A program made the position numbers and the translations under genes. This document shows positions 13,645 to 29,604 of a DNA stretch of 64,000 bases, piece after piece. Position 1 is the first letter of the stretch; every line of letters begins with the position of its first letter. The notes beneath the pieces are model-generated. The model was not told the DNA's origin. It made no database searches and saw only the letters and a list, made by a program, of their open reading frames with translations. Source of the stretch: Eledone cirrhosa (lineage: Eukaryota); contig OZ024752.1 in NCBI GenBank assembly GCA_964016885.1, positions 13,888,001-13,952,000 of the forward strand, given 5' to 3'.

Positions 13645-13799
13645 TTCATTATTTAACGATCGTTTCTAGGGTATATATGTGTTATAATTGGTATGCATAT
13701 TCAACAGATCTATGTACAAAATTATACAAAATTATACAAATTATCAAGATTAAATATACATACCTAACACATATATACGCCGTCTTCAGAAATAATGAA
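13645..13799 (-). ncRNA. hammerhead ribozyme with very long stem II, family A (inverted arm)
   Basis: Reverse complement of 20368-20522. Confidence 0.75.
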
Positions 13800-14621
13800 G
13801 TATATTTATTGATAATAACAACAATTCAAAATATCAGTTCAAAATTGACCAATGAAAACACAAAGGGTTAAAAGCAGTTCGGTGTGTGTATATACATGTA
13901 AAATCCTTACACATATTTTACAAAAATGTGTGTATAATTTGTATACGCATACTAAAAAGATGGATGCAAACACAAAATTTCAAGGTTAATATCTCCGTAA
14001 GCTTAATGCGCTGATAAGATGCGCATTGATACTTATGGAGTCAAGCATATAAATATATTTTTTCATACTCACACATATCAGTATAATCACACATACATGC
14101 GCGTATATGCATAAATATACACATAACCACGAACATACAAACACACACACTCCCCCACTCACATTTATATATGTGGATATAAAATCATAAGCACATAGAA
14201 ATTAAATCACTCACATAAAACACTGGCACACACATTTCAAGATCAAGATACAGAAATTAGGTGGGAGGGGGGGGAGGGGTCAGTATTCAATTGTCTGAGC
14301 AGACTGCCTAATATAAATGTATCTATAAATTAAGAAAAATAAAAAAATAAAACAATAAAATATAATAAATATAATATAATATACATACACATACAGATAT
14401 ATATACACATACATACATGTACGCGCACATAGAGATATTTACGCATACACACATACACACATATATATACAGTCATACACACACATACACTTACACGAAC
14501 ATACACATACACATATAAAAAGATATATATATACACACACACACGCGCAACACATACACACATACACATATATATAAAAAAAATAGATAATAAAGATATA
14601 TATCCATATATATATATACAT

Positions 14622-14678
<57 letters not shown>

Positions 14679-14769
14679 TATACACATACATACACATACA
14701 TCTAAATATATATACACATACATACACACATACATGTACATACATGTACATACATATACGCACATCGAT

Positions 14770-14823
<54 letters not shown>

Positions 14824-14970
14824 TCACATAGACATATAGATACATACACACACAACTTACATACACACGTATATATATATATATAGATGTACCTTCATAC
14901 ATAGAATTAGATATATAATCATACATACATATGCACCTACTTATACTCATATATATAAATACATACGCTT

Positions 14971-16689
14971 TCTTTTAAAAATATTAGGTGTAAATCTTCT
15001 GCTTCTTTCCTACAATTTGATATAGATAATTACTATTCTTCTATATCACCTATACTCCTGAACAAAGCATTAATATTTGCTAAAAATAGATCTAATTTAA
15101 CTTCGGATGACATTAACATTATTACACATGCTAGACTAACACTTATTGAATTTCAGAATGAATACTGGACCAGAAACACATACAGTAATCTTTTTGATAT
15201 TACTATGGGTTCAAGCGATTCCGCCCAAATTACTGATCTTGTGGGCCTCTTTCTCCTTTTCAACATAAATGCCTCTTTTCCCCACCTCAAAGGTGGTTTA
15301 TATCGTGATGACTGTCTTCTTCTTTCTAACAACCTTAGCCTTTCGGAAATCGAAAAAAACAAAAAACATATTAGAACTTTCCTTAAAGACTATTATAATC
15401 TTAATATTACTTTTGAAAAAACAAGTAAAGTAGTAAATTTCCTAGATATAACTTTAGATTTAGCTACGGGTATATACCAACCTTACCATAAACCTAACCA
15501 AAACTTACATTACATACACTCACAATCTAATCACCCTAAATCTATCCTTAAAAACCTTGCATATAATATATCACTTAGAATTTCTAACCTTTCTTCTAAC
15601 CAAGATGTATTTGATAAAAATGCGACCTTTTATAATGAAGCTCTAGATAGAAGTGGCCACAAAAATAGATTAGAGTATATACCTTCTACTAAAAATACTG
15701 AAAGCATACAGCATAATATTACCAACAAACACCAAATGAAAAGTACACACCTAAATGCCACCCACAATATACCCCAAAATACTAAATCTTCTAATATAAA
15801 GTATAGTAACCCTCAAAAAACTACTCATCATACAACTATAATAAATATTAATAATAAAACTCCTAATAAAAAAGATAAAACACCTAAATCTACAAATATA
15901 ACTAAAAATAGTTGTGGTGAGATCATTAACATTAATCCTCCTAGTAAAAATCATGATACAACCTATAAAAATAATAAAAATAATAAACAACATAGAAACC
16001 GTAATAGACGAGTTACTTGGTATAATGCTCCTTTTAATTTACAAGTTAAGGATAATATTGCTAAAAAAATTTTTTATATCCTTGAGAAAAACTTCCCGCC
16101 AAACCACAAATACCATCAAATCTTAAATAGGTCTACAGTTAAATTCTCATACTCTACAACAAATAACATAAAACAAAATATAAGTGCATATAATGCATAT
16201 AAATGTAAGAAAACCATAAGTATACCACCAGTACATCAAATTAACAATAATATCTCCTCAAATACAGAATTAACGAAAGGATGTAACTGTAGAAACAAAA
16301 CAAACTGCCCATTAAAAGGTAATTGTCTTGTTAACAACATAGTCTATAAATGTAATGTTAAAACTAAAGATTCTATTTGCTCATATATAGGAGCTACCTC
16401 TAACAATTTTAAGACAAGGTTTAATACCCACAAGCATAGTTTTAAAAATGCCGCACTGGCTAATACAACATCTCTAGCAGAAAAAATCAATAGTTATAAA
16501 AATAAGAATATAAAATATGATTTGACCTGGAGTGTGCTCAAAAGAGCCACCCCTTATCAAAATAATAGAAAGGAATGTAGATTATGTTCCCAAGAACTAT
16601 TTGAAATAATGAAGTCTAAGGATATCTTATTAAATAAACGACAGGAATTAATTATATCGTGTAATCATAAACTTAAAAAAAACATTTAA
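14971..16689 (+). CDS. PLE reverse transcriptase + C-terminal GIY-YIG endonuclease (N-terminally truncated, frame open)
   Basis: The frame is open for 78 codons upstream of ATG 15205. Motifs: FLQFDIDNYYSSI (A), FDITMGS (B), GLYRDD (C), VNFLDITL, thumb SNHP, CNCR..CPL.GNC, IVY...YIG...R...H, CRLC..E, LLNKR.E...CxH. Confidence 0.93.
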   Translation, partial: SFKNIRCKSSASFLQFDIDNYYSSISPILLNKALIFAKNRSNLTSDDINIITHARLTLIEFQNEYWTRNTYSNLFDITMGSSDSAQITDLVGLFLLFNINASFPHLKGGLYRDDCLLLSNNLSLSEIEKNKKHIRTFLKDYYNLNITFEKTSKVVNFLDITLDLATGIYQPYHKPNQNLHYIHSQSNHPKSILKNLAYNISLRISNLSSNQDVFDKNATFYNEALDRSGHKNRLEYIPSTKNTESIQHNITNKHQMKSTHLNATHNIPQNTKSSNIKYSNPQKTTHHTTIININNKTPNKKDKTPKSTNITKNSCGEIININPPSKNHDTTYKNNKNNKQHRNRNRRVTWYNAPFNLQVKDNIAKKIFYILEKNFPPNHKYHQILNRSTVKFSYSTTNNIKQNISAYNAYKCKKTISIPPVHQINNNISSNTELTKGCNCRNKTNCPLKGNCLVNNIVYKCNVKTKDSICSYIGATSNNFKTRFNTHKHSFKNAALANTTSLAEKINSYKNKNIKYDLTWSVLKRATPYQNNRKECRLCSQELFEIMKSKDILLNKRQELIISCNHKLKKNI

Positions 16690-17252
16690 ATATTATAAAC
16701 CTAATTAATAACATTATTCTAGAAATTAATTTAATTTAAATGTTAGTTAACCTATAAATTTAATTTAATTAATATTTTATTACAGATGAGAAAATATTAT
16801 GTAATCATAAATTGTGAAAAACCTTTAAATATTACTAATATATACTTAGTAATTTAATTTATAGATTAATTTTAATTTATTTAAACCTTTTATTATAATT
16901 TTTTTTATTATAATTCTTTTACAGATAAAATATAACAAAATAATATCATGTATCCAATGACGGAGAAATAATTTTTAGTATTATAGACCTAATTAATATA
17001 CATTTTGGAAATATATTTATTATTTGGTTTTAGTTTTAATCAACCTAAAAATTTTAATTTTAATTTGCTTAAAATTAGTATCCTTATACAGACGTATTGC
17101 AGAATGTCATGTAATCATAGAATGGGATGTGTTTTGGATATATACCTAGTTAATATATTCTGTGCAATTTTTTGAAAAAGATATGTATATGTATATGTGT
17201 ATGTATATGTGTGTGTTGTGTATGTGTATCTGTATGTATGTATATGTGTGTA

Positions 17253-17303
<51 letters not shown>

Positions 17304-18387
17304 ATATGTATGTATATGTGTATGTGTATGAATATGTATATGTATGCGTATTAATTTTGATTTCTATTTGCATATAATTATATTATGCTATTGATGAAAT
17401 ACAATATCTGCTTTATGTATTGTATACCTAATTAACATATACTAATTAACATATACTATTGAAATAAATATATAATTTTTAATTTAGTTAACATATAATT
17501 TATATGCTACTACCGATGTAATACTTTATTTTATTTTTATTTGGGTTTCTTTTCCCTATTACTAAATTCATCTCCTAATATTGATACCATAACGTTATTA
17601 ACTTTAATTTAGTTATACTGTAATTAATAATCTACTACTGTTTGACTTCAAAATTCTGCTTCAAATATTATAAACCTAACTAATTTACACCTTAGAAATC
17701 AATATGTTGACTATCTTTGGTTTAGTTAACATATGATTAATGGTATACTTATTTATTTTGAGATGCATAGATTTCGTATTTCCTAGCACTGAAAATATGT
17801 AAGAACATACATTGAATTAAGATACGGAAAATATTATATGTTTCTTGAAACATATATTTACTTTGATCCCCTTCTCCAAACCCCCCCTTTCCCCCATACT
17901 ATTATCATCTGTATTTGTAAGCGTCTATATATGAATATATATGTAGGTAGGTGTCTATATAGGTTTTGGTATTTATATCTAAATATAAAAATACATATAT
18001 GAGCATGCAAATATGAATGTAAGATTGTGTGTGTATATATGATTATACATACATATGTATGTATATATATGTATATATATGCATTATATATGTATGTGTA
18101 TGTGAATGTGTTGTATGTATATGTGTATGTATGTGTATATATGTGTATGTATGTGTATGCTTGTATATATAGGAATATATATATGTGTATATATGTATGT
18201 ATATGTATATGCGTGTATGTATGTATGTGTATGTGTGTTGTGTATATATATGTATGTCTCTCTATTTATATGTTTATCTTCGTATCTATGTGATATATGT
18301 GTGTGTGTGTGCACGTATGCATATGTATGTGTTTGTGTGTGTTTTGTATGTGTGTGTGTATATATGTGTATGTGCGCACACACACAT

Positions 18388-18419
<32 letters not shown>

Positions 18420-18501
18420 GTGAGAGTGTATGTGTGTCTGTGTGTGTGTGTGTGTGTGTATGTGTATATGTGTATATATATATATGTATATATATATATA
18501 T

Positions 18502-18534
<33 letters not shown>

Positions 18535-18819
18535 TGTCTATGTGTGAATATATGTCTTTATTCGTATGTGTGTATTTATGTATGTATATATTTATGTGTA
18601 AGTATGTATGTGTATGTATGTATGTATATATATATATATATATATATGTATATGTATATATATATATGTATATTATTCTTTATTATTATAATATAACTTA
18701 TGTGTATATGTGTATAAGTGAGGTTGTGTATGTATATGTAATATGTGTATATATAGGAGTAATAAAATATATATATATATATATATATGTGCATGTCTGT
18801 TTTTTATGTGTGTGTATAT

Positions 18820-18862
<43 letters not shown>

Positions 18863-18990
18863 CGTGTGTGTATATAGATATATATATATGTATACATGTG
18901 GGTGATTGTATGTGTATTTATGGTGGTATGAGTGTGTGGATATATATATGTTTTTATATATATGTATATATATATATGTGTATGAGTCTA

Positions 18991-19033
<43 letters not shown>

Positions 19034-19359
19034 GTGTGTGTGTATATATATGTGTGTGTATGTATATATATGTGTATGTATGTGTGTATATATATATATC
19101 TCTATTAATGCGTGTGTGTATGTATATACATGTGCCTTTTTATTATTATTTTTATTTGTATGTCTGAGTTTGGTGAGGTTGTATTGTTTTTTATGTATAT
19201 ACACATATATGGAAGCGTATGTATTTATATATATGAGTATAAGTAGGTGCATATGTATGTATGATTATATATCTAATTCTATGTATGAAGGTACATCTAT
19301 ATATATATATATACGTGTGTATGTAAGTTGTGTGTGTATGTATCTATATGTCTATGTGA

Positions 19360-19401
<42 letters not shown>

Positions 19402-19492
19402 ATCGATGTGCGTATATGTATGTACATGTATGTACATGTATGTGTGTATGTATGTGTATATATATTTAGATGTATGTGTATGTATGTGTATA

Positions 19493-19547
<55 letters not shown>

Positions 19548-20367
19548 ATGTATATATATATGGATATATATCTTTATTATCTATTTTTTTTATATATATG
19601 TGTATGTGTGTATGTGTTGCGCGTGTGTGTGTGTATATATATATCTTTTTATATGTGTATGTGTATGTTCGTGTAAGTGTATGTGTGTGTATGACTGTAT
19701 ATATATGTGTGTATGTGTGTATGCGTAAATATCTCTATGTGCGCGTACATGTATGTATGTGTATATATATCTGTATGTGTATGTATATTATATTATATTT
19801 ATTATATTTTATTGTTTTATTTTTTTATTTTTCTTAATTTATAGATACATTTATATTAGGCAGTCTGCTCAGACAATTGAATACTGACCCCTCCCCCCCC
19901 TCCCACCTAATTTCTGTATCTTGATCTTGAAATGTGTGTGCCAGTGTTTTATGTGAGTGATTTAATTTCTATGTGCTTATGATTTTATATCCACATATAT
20001 AAATGTGAGTGGGGGAGTGTGTGTGTTTGTATGTTCGTGGTTATGTGTATATTTATGCATATACGCGCATGTATGTGTGATTATACTGATATGTGTGAGT
20101 ATGAAAAAATATATTTATATGCTTGACTCCATAAGTATCAATGCGCATCTTATCAGCGCATTAAGCTTACGGAGATATTAACCTTGAAATTTTGTGTTTG
20201 CATCCATCTTTTTAGTATGCGTATACAAATTATACACACATTTTTGTAAAATATGTGTAAGGATTTTACATGTATATACACACACCGAACTGCTTTTAAC
20301 CCTTTGTGTTTTCATTGGTCAATTTTGAACTGATATTTTGAATTGTTGTTATTATCAATAAATATAC

Positions 20368-20522
20368 TTCATTATTTCTGAAGACGGCGTATATATGTGT
20401 TAGGTATGTATATTTAATCTTGATAATTTGTATAATTTTGTATAATTTTGTACATAGATCTGTTGAATATGCATACCAATTATAACACATATATACCCTA
20501 GAAACGATCGTTAAATAATGAA
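20368..20522 (+). ncRNA. hammerhead ribozyme with very long stem II, family A
   Basis: UUCAUUAUUU-CUGAAGA-[116-nt hairpin]-GAAA-CGAUCG-UU/AAAUAAUGAA. It has a perfect 10-bp stem I and a palindromic stem III. Confidence 0.78.
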
Positions 20523-20567
20523 ATTTTTTTGTTTAATATAATGAATTGTTTATTCATTATTTGTTTA

Positions 20568-21962
<1,395 letters not shown>

Positions 21963-22754
21963 GTATTAAGGGTACTATTTATGGTTATGTATGCAATAAA
22001 ACCTTTGATGGTAATATATTATATATACACAAACCCTAAATAGTGAGAGATAGTCTTTAATTACTATCCTATTACCAGTAAGATAAATAGCTCAATGTAA
22101 TAACATCAGTTGTTATACAGAGCAGTTATATAGAGATTACAGTAATCAAAGTTCAGTTTAAGTCATTTATTTGCTTACAATTGTTTCCTCCAAACCGAGG
22201 TTTGGATTCTTCGGAGCAGTTATTTATAACATACTTGACCTCCTTTTCAACCCAAGAGACACATAAAACATATGCGCATATTGATCAACAGTGGGGTGAC
22301 ATTCATCAAATGAAATAGCATGGCAATTTACATATAAAGTGTTACATGATAAAAATAAAGTGTTACATGATAAAAATAAAGTGTTACATGATAAAAATAA
22401 AATAAAATAAAAGCAAGAGTGAAAATAAAGATAAACATGAAGTGTTGGCAGTCTATGAAGATAAAGCAAGAGGAAAGCTTAGAGTAGTCAGTGCATGAAG
22501 CAATCTCCCGTGTAGCATGCACGCTTGTCTTATCTATACATGATTAGAGTGCGTCAGAATGATATTTGCAGGGTCATGCAGTTGAAGCAGGCAATTGTTC
22601 TTATAATATATGCTGAATTATTAAGTCATTTATTCTCATACATCTGTATGATATACAGTCTCGGATGCGGGGAAACACCAAAATATCAAAAACCTTCAAC
22701 ATACTATAAACCTTATTGTATCGTAGGCAAGGTCGTAATCATTGTAATCTCTAT
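21963..22754 (-). mobile_element. non-coding PLE-type/retrozyme-like element, family H
   Basis: Carries an HHR-like motif. The right end TGTAATCTCTATA (about 22743-22755) is the inverted repeat of about 22129-22141. Has (TA)n flanks and an internal 21-bp x3 repeat at 22336-22400. Confidence 0.65.
22172..22218 (-). ncRNA. hammerhead-like motif, family H (U4C core variant)
   Basis: The reverse complement reads UGCU-CCGAAGA-A UCCAAAC cucg GUUUGGA G-GAAA-CAAUUG-UA/AGCA, then AAUAAA. Confidence 0.6.
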
Positions 22755-22755
22755 A

Positions 22756-22841
<86 letters not shown>

Positions 22842-23191
22842 TATATATATATATTTATATATATATATTAAAATATATATATTTATATATATATATTAAA
22901 ATATATATATTTATATATATATATTTAAATATATATATTTATATTTATATATATATATTTGTATATATATATTTATATATATATATTTATATATATATAT
23001 TTATATTTATATATATATATATTTATATATATATATTTATATTTATATATATATATATTTATATATATATATATTTATTTATATATATATTTATTTATAT
23101 ATATATTTATTTATATATATATACATATTTATATATATATATATTTATATATATATATATTTATATATATATATATTTATATATATATATT

Positions 23192-23230
<39 letters not shown>

Positions 23231-23233
23231 ATT

Positions 23234-23270
<37 letters not shown>

Positions 23271-23412
23271 ATTTATATATGCAAAGTTTTATTTAAATTG
23301 TTGGGTTACAACGAGTAAATATTTATAACTAATATAAAGCACTCAACAAGTATTTGGAGTATATTTACGATATTAAATAAATGAATGGAAACTATATTTA
23401 TAAAACCATATT

Positions 23413-23478
23413 TATTTCATTATATATATTTCAGGGATATCATATTAAAAATATGTTATGCCTTCATCAGACAAAATA
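23413..23478 (-). ncRNA. type I hammerhead ribozyme, family B
   Basis: The reverse complement reads UAUUUUGU-CUGAUGA-AGG...CAUAUU uuu AAUAUG...CCU-GAAA-UAUAUA-UA/AUGAAAUA. Confidence 0.8.
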
Positions 23479-23721
23479 CAATATAAACAGTCTTATAAAT
23501 AGATAGATTTGACATACCTTACAACTTCAACTTCCATTTAAAAAGTTGATTTTTAAAATCAACTTTTTAAATGGAAGTTGAAGTTGTAAGGTATGTCAAA
23601 TCTATCTATTTATAAGACTGTTTATATTGTTTATATTGTATTTTGTCTGATGAAGGCATACCATACACATACCGTATGTCAAATCTATCTATTTATAAGA
23701 CTGTTTATATTGTTTATATTG

Positions 23722-23787
23722 TATTTTGTCTGATGAAGGCATACCATATTTTTAATATGATATCCCTGAAATATATATAATGAAATA
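23722..23787 (+). ncRNA. type I hammerhead ribozyme, family B
   Basis: Same motif on the plus strand, with CTGATGA at 23730-23736 and GAAA at 23768-23771. Confidence 0.8.
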
Positions 23788-23914
23788 AATATGGATTTAT
23801 AAATATAGTTTCCATTTATTTAATATCGTATATTTATATATATATATATTTATATATATATATATTTATATATATATATATTTATATATATATATATTTA
23901 TATATATATATATT

Positions 23915-23947
<33 letters not shown>

Positions 23948-24006
23948 ATTTATATATATATATATATATTTATTTATATATATATTTATTTATATATATA
24001 TTTATT

Positions 24007-24037
<31 letters not shown>

Positions 24038-24040
24038 ATT

Positions 24041-24071
<31 letters not shown>

Positions 24072-24083
24072 ATTTATATATAT

Positions 24084-25050
24084 GTAGATAAATCTACCAA
24101 GAGTTTACGGTAGTGTCCAATCCGTATGAAGAACTCAATGTAATCCGGATATCATGGAAAGAAGAGATGCATTCAAAAATCACTTTCGGTGAAAGATAAA
24201 CGGAATACAGAGTCAAGATAAAGTATTAAAAAAAATAATGAATAAAACAATGATAGAGTTCCTTATATTAAACAAAAAAAGTTCATTATTTAACGATCGT
24301 TTCTAGGACATATATGTGTTAGAATTGGCATGCATATTCAACAGATCTATGTACTTTCTGCATCTAGATGTAAATATATGTGGCAGTGCTTATGTGCGCG
24401 CCTTCATGTCCATATGCTTATAATAATAATATATACATATATGTGTGTGTGTGTGTGTGGGTGTGTGTGTGTGTGTATGTTCGTGGTTATGTGTATGTTT
24501 ATGCGTATATGCGCGTGTGTGTGTGAATGTATGTATATATGTGTGTATATATGAATGTATATATGTTTATATACGTATGTGTATTTTATCTGTAGATTAT
24601 AAACATACAGAGACATTAGCCCTGAATTTTTGTATTTACATACATTTTTTCGACATGCGTATGCATGTGAGCATATATTTTTATGCATATCTGTGAACGA
24701 AGTTACTTACATATATACACACACCTAACTGTATTTTCTTGATATATTTTTGTGTATTTCATTGGTCAATTTGAACTCTGTTCCCAAACAGACCTGTAAT
24801 TTTGAATTGTTGTTATTATCAATAAATATATTTCATTATTTCTGAAGACGGCATATGTATGTGTTGGTATGTATATTAAATTTGATAGTTTGTATAATTT
24901 TGTATAATTTTGTACATAGATCTGTTGAATATACATGCCAATTCTAACACGTATATGTCCTAGAAACGATCGTTAAATAATGAACATTTTTTGTTTAATA
25001 TAAGGAACTGTTTCATTGTTTTATTCATTATTTTTTTTAATACTTTATAT
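24084..25050 (+). mobile_element. short fold-back copy of family A terminus (diverged subfamily)
   Basis: Inverted arm 24084-24355 plus sense arm 24356-25050, which is homologous to 19911-20576. Confidence 0.88.
24832..24984 (+). ncRNA. long-stem-II hammerhead, family A
   Basis: Stem I, core and stem III are identical to 20368-20522. The 114-nt stem II carries substitutions that mostly keep pairing. Confidence 0.78.
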
Positions 25051-26126
<1,076 letters not shown>

Positions 26127-26340
26127 TTAGTTTCTGAATTTGTTTAGCAAGATTCTTTATGTGAAATCGTGTGTTGGAACCGATATTGTTATACAATGGG
26201 AGGGTCATGTTGCCAATAAGAAACACACGCACCAGTTGCTTTAACTTCAATTTATCATAATAAATTCATAAATTTAGGAATTTATAAATTTCTGGTTGGT
26301 TGGTTGGTTGGTTCCACAACCAGATAGTTGTTTATATATT

Positions 26341-26383
26341 GTCAAAGTTCTTTCGTCACACATTCTGTGACTTCTTCAGTGAC
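26341..26383 (-). ncRNA. minimal hammerhead-like motif, family D
   Basis: The reverse complement reads GUCA-CUGAAGA-A-GUCACA gaaug UGUGAC-GAAA-GAAC-UU/UGAC. Confidence 0.6.
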
Positions 26384-26582
26384 TGGGGATTCTTTTCTTT
26401 GTTTTTGTGTCTCTCCTTTGTTCTGTCCTACGACATTTTGTTTCTGTGTGTGTTGCGTGCTCAGTCTGCGCATTCGCCACATCCGGGTGTCTGTGTGTGT
26501 TTATATTTTTTTGTTTATTTGTTTATTTACATGTTACCGGTTGGTTGTTTGTTCTATGTGTGTGTGTGTTTTCATTTTGTCC

Positions 26583-27360
26583 TTAATTGTAAGTTCTGAT
26601 GTTGGTGTTCCACTCATGTTTTCTATTTAATTTTGGTTGTAATTCTTTTATGTTTATTGCCTCTGTGATTTGTCTAAACATTGCGTCTTTTCTGTGTGTA
26701 GATTCTATTTTTATTTCTATGTTCTCTAATCTACCCTTATATTCTATTTTAGCATGTTGGTAGAGTACAGATGATTCTTTATTATATTGAAGGTCTCGCC
26801 AGTGTTCATTTATCCGTTCCCCTACACTACGAGCTGTCTCACATATGTACACTATATTTTTGTCTCTACATTGTCTTTCAGTACATCTTATGCTATACAC
26901 TACATTTCTAGTTTTACAGTTAATATGGGGGCTTATTTTACAGGTTATACATTTCTCATCTATACAGGGGGGTCTTTGGAAAGGGTATGTCTTGCTAATA
27001 AGTGTTTTTACGGAGGTACCTGGTCTTTCTACTATCTTAATATTGAGTTTATGTTTATCTAGGGCCCTTCTAAATTTATAAGCTAATTCACCTCTAGGGA
27101 TTGTATCGATGAACATTACACTCTGGTATTTCTTGCTATCATACCATGAGTTTATTCTATTAGCCTTGTTCCTAGTTCTTTCTATTCTATTCAAAAATGT
27201 GCTCCTGTACAAGGGGTAGGTCCCATTTATGTCATTAATTACCATTTTTTCCCATTTGGTTCTGGCTCCTCTATACACTCTGATTTTATCTTTCTGATTG
27301 TAGCCAGAGAACTGCATACGGTGGATGAAGTGTTGTATGTGTCTCTCTAGTTCTTTGTTT
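26583..27360 (-). pseudogene. PLE thumb/linker + GIY-YIG endonuclease fragment
   Basis: RMQFSGY...GTYPLYR...SVMFI...KIVERPG...CxxxxCxxC...C..RNVVYSIRC...YICETARS..ERINEH...RQITEA...LNRKHEW. The YIG motif reads YIC, so the copy is probably inactive. Confidence 0.85.
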
Positions 27361-27439
27361 ATATATTTATTATAATAAATTGAAGTGAAGGCAACTGGTG
27401 CGTGTGTTTCTTATTGGCAACATGATCCTCCCAAAGTAT

Positions 27440-27491
<52 letters not shown>

Positions 27492-27630
27492 TTATATATA
27501 TATTTATATATATATTTATATATATATTTATATATATTTATATATATATTTATATATATATTTATATATATATTTATATATTTATATATATATTTATATA
27601 TTTATATATATATATTTATATATATATATT

Positions 27631-27700
<70 letters not shown>

Positions 27701-27754
27701 TATATTTATATTTATATATATATTTATATTTATATATATATTTATATATATACT

Positions 27755-27787
<33 letters not shown>

Positions 27788-27824
27788 TTATATATATATA
27801 TATATTTATATATACATATATATT

Positions 27825-27881
<57 letters not shown>

Positions 27882-27954
27882 ATATATATATTTATGTATA
27901 TATATATATTTATATATATATTTCTATATATATATATCTATTTATATATATATT

Positions 27955-27987
<33 letters not shown>

Positions 27988-28165
27988 TTATATATATATT
28001 TATATTTATACATATATTTATATATATATTTATATTTATATATATATTTATATATATATTTATATATATATTTATATTCATATATATATTCATATATATA
28101 TTTATATATATATATATATTATTATATATATTATATATATATATATATATATTTATGTATATTAT

Positions 28166-28204
<39 letters not shown>

Positions 28205-28225
28205 ATTTATATATATATATATTTA

Positions 28226-28258
<33 letters not shown>

Positions 28259-28317
28259 ATATTTTTATATATATATATATTTATATTTATATATATTTAT
28301 ATATATATATATTTATA

Positions 28318-28350
<33 letters not shown>

Positions 28351-28384
28351 ATATTTATATATATATATATTTATATATATTTAT

Positions 28385-28850
28385 GCATGTTGACGGCTGA
28401 GTAACCCAATCTGCATATCGAGTGGGTTAATCGGCCGGGTGCACTGAAAACGATAAACGGAAAAAATGAAACGCAATTACATTTCCCACTCTTAGTACGG
28501 CTGTTACTTACATTATGCATGTTAACATACATAAATTTAAGTATATACGTTCAACAGGTATAAGGTAAGTATATACGTTCAACAATTTGGCAGGAAGGTA
28601 TACGTTGCTTACGATAGCTAATAAGCTTGAAACTAGTACAGCGTTCCTTTGTCAGTGTTGAACAAACGAGCAACGATTGTTGCTGGACACTACGCCTTAA
28701 TACGGGATGTTTGTTTAAAAACTCACCGAGCATTATAATAAATGTTCGGTCAATCCATACGTACATATATATATGTGTGCATGTATGTATATATAGATAC
28801 ATACTAATGTACGTCTGTATGCATATATGTATGTAGGTGTACATACTTAT
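28385..28850. mobile_element. non-coding HHR element, family E (copy 1; core mutated to CUUACGA at 28602-28644)
   Basis: Homologous to 59705-60491. Reads ACGUUG-CUUACGA-UAGCU aaua AGCUU-GAAA-CUAG-UA/CAGCGU. Confidence 0.8.
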
Positions 28851-29250
28851 ATTTATATATTTATATATATATTTATTTATATTTATATATTTATATATAT
28901 ATATATTTATATATATATTTATATATATATGTATTTATATATTTATATATATATTTTTATATATTTATATATTTATATATATATATATATTTATATATTT
29001 ATATATATATTTATATATATATATATTTATATATTTATATATATAAATATATATTTATATATATATTTATATGTATATTTATATATATATTTATATATGT
29101 TTATATATATTTATATATTTATATATATATTTATATATTTATATATATCTTTATATATATATTTATATATTTATATATATATTTATATACATATATATAT
29201 ATTTATATATTTATATATATATTTAGATATTTATATATATATTTATATAT

Positions 29251-29281
<31 letters not shown>

Positions 29282-29570
29282 ATATTTATATATATGTTTA
29301 TTTATATATATATATATTTATTTATATATATATATATTTATTTATATATATATATATTTATTTATATATATATATAGTTATTTATATATTTATATATTTA
29401 TATATATATTTATATAAATATATATTTATATAAATATATATTTATATATTTATATATATATTTATATATTTATATATATATTTATATTTATATATTTATA
29501 TATATATTTATATATATATTTATATATTTATATATTTATATATATTTATATATTTATATATTTATATATT

Positions 29571-29604
<34 letters not shown>

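Larger units (their letters stand above)
23281..23830. mobile_element. palindromic PLE terminal element, family B
   Basis: Fold-back centred near 23554, with HHRs on both arms and (TA)n flanks. Confidence 0.88.
26127..27445 (-). mobile_element. Penelope-like element, family D (non-Nematis; possibly Hydra clade), 5'-truncated with short inverted end
   Basis: GIY-YIG frame plus 3' UTR. 27365-27445 is an inverted copy of 26183-26265. Confidence 0.85.

Noticed and set aside
13677-13871. Identical 64-aa ORF here and at 20296-20490
   Set aside because: A consequence of the inverted pseudo-LTR. It is antisense to the element and overlaps the ribozyme.
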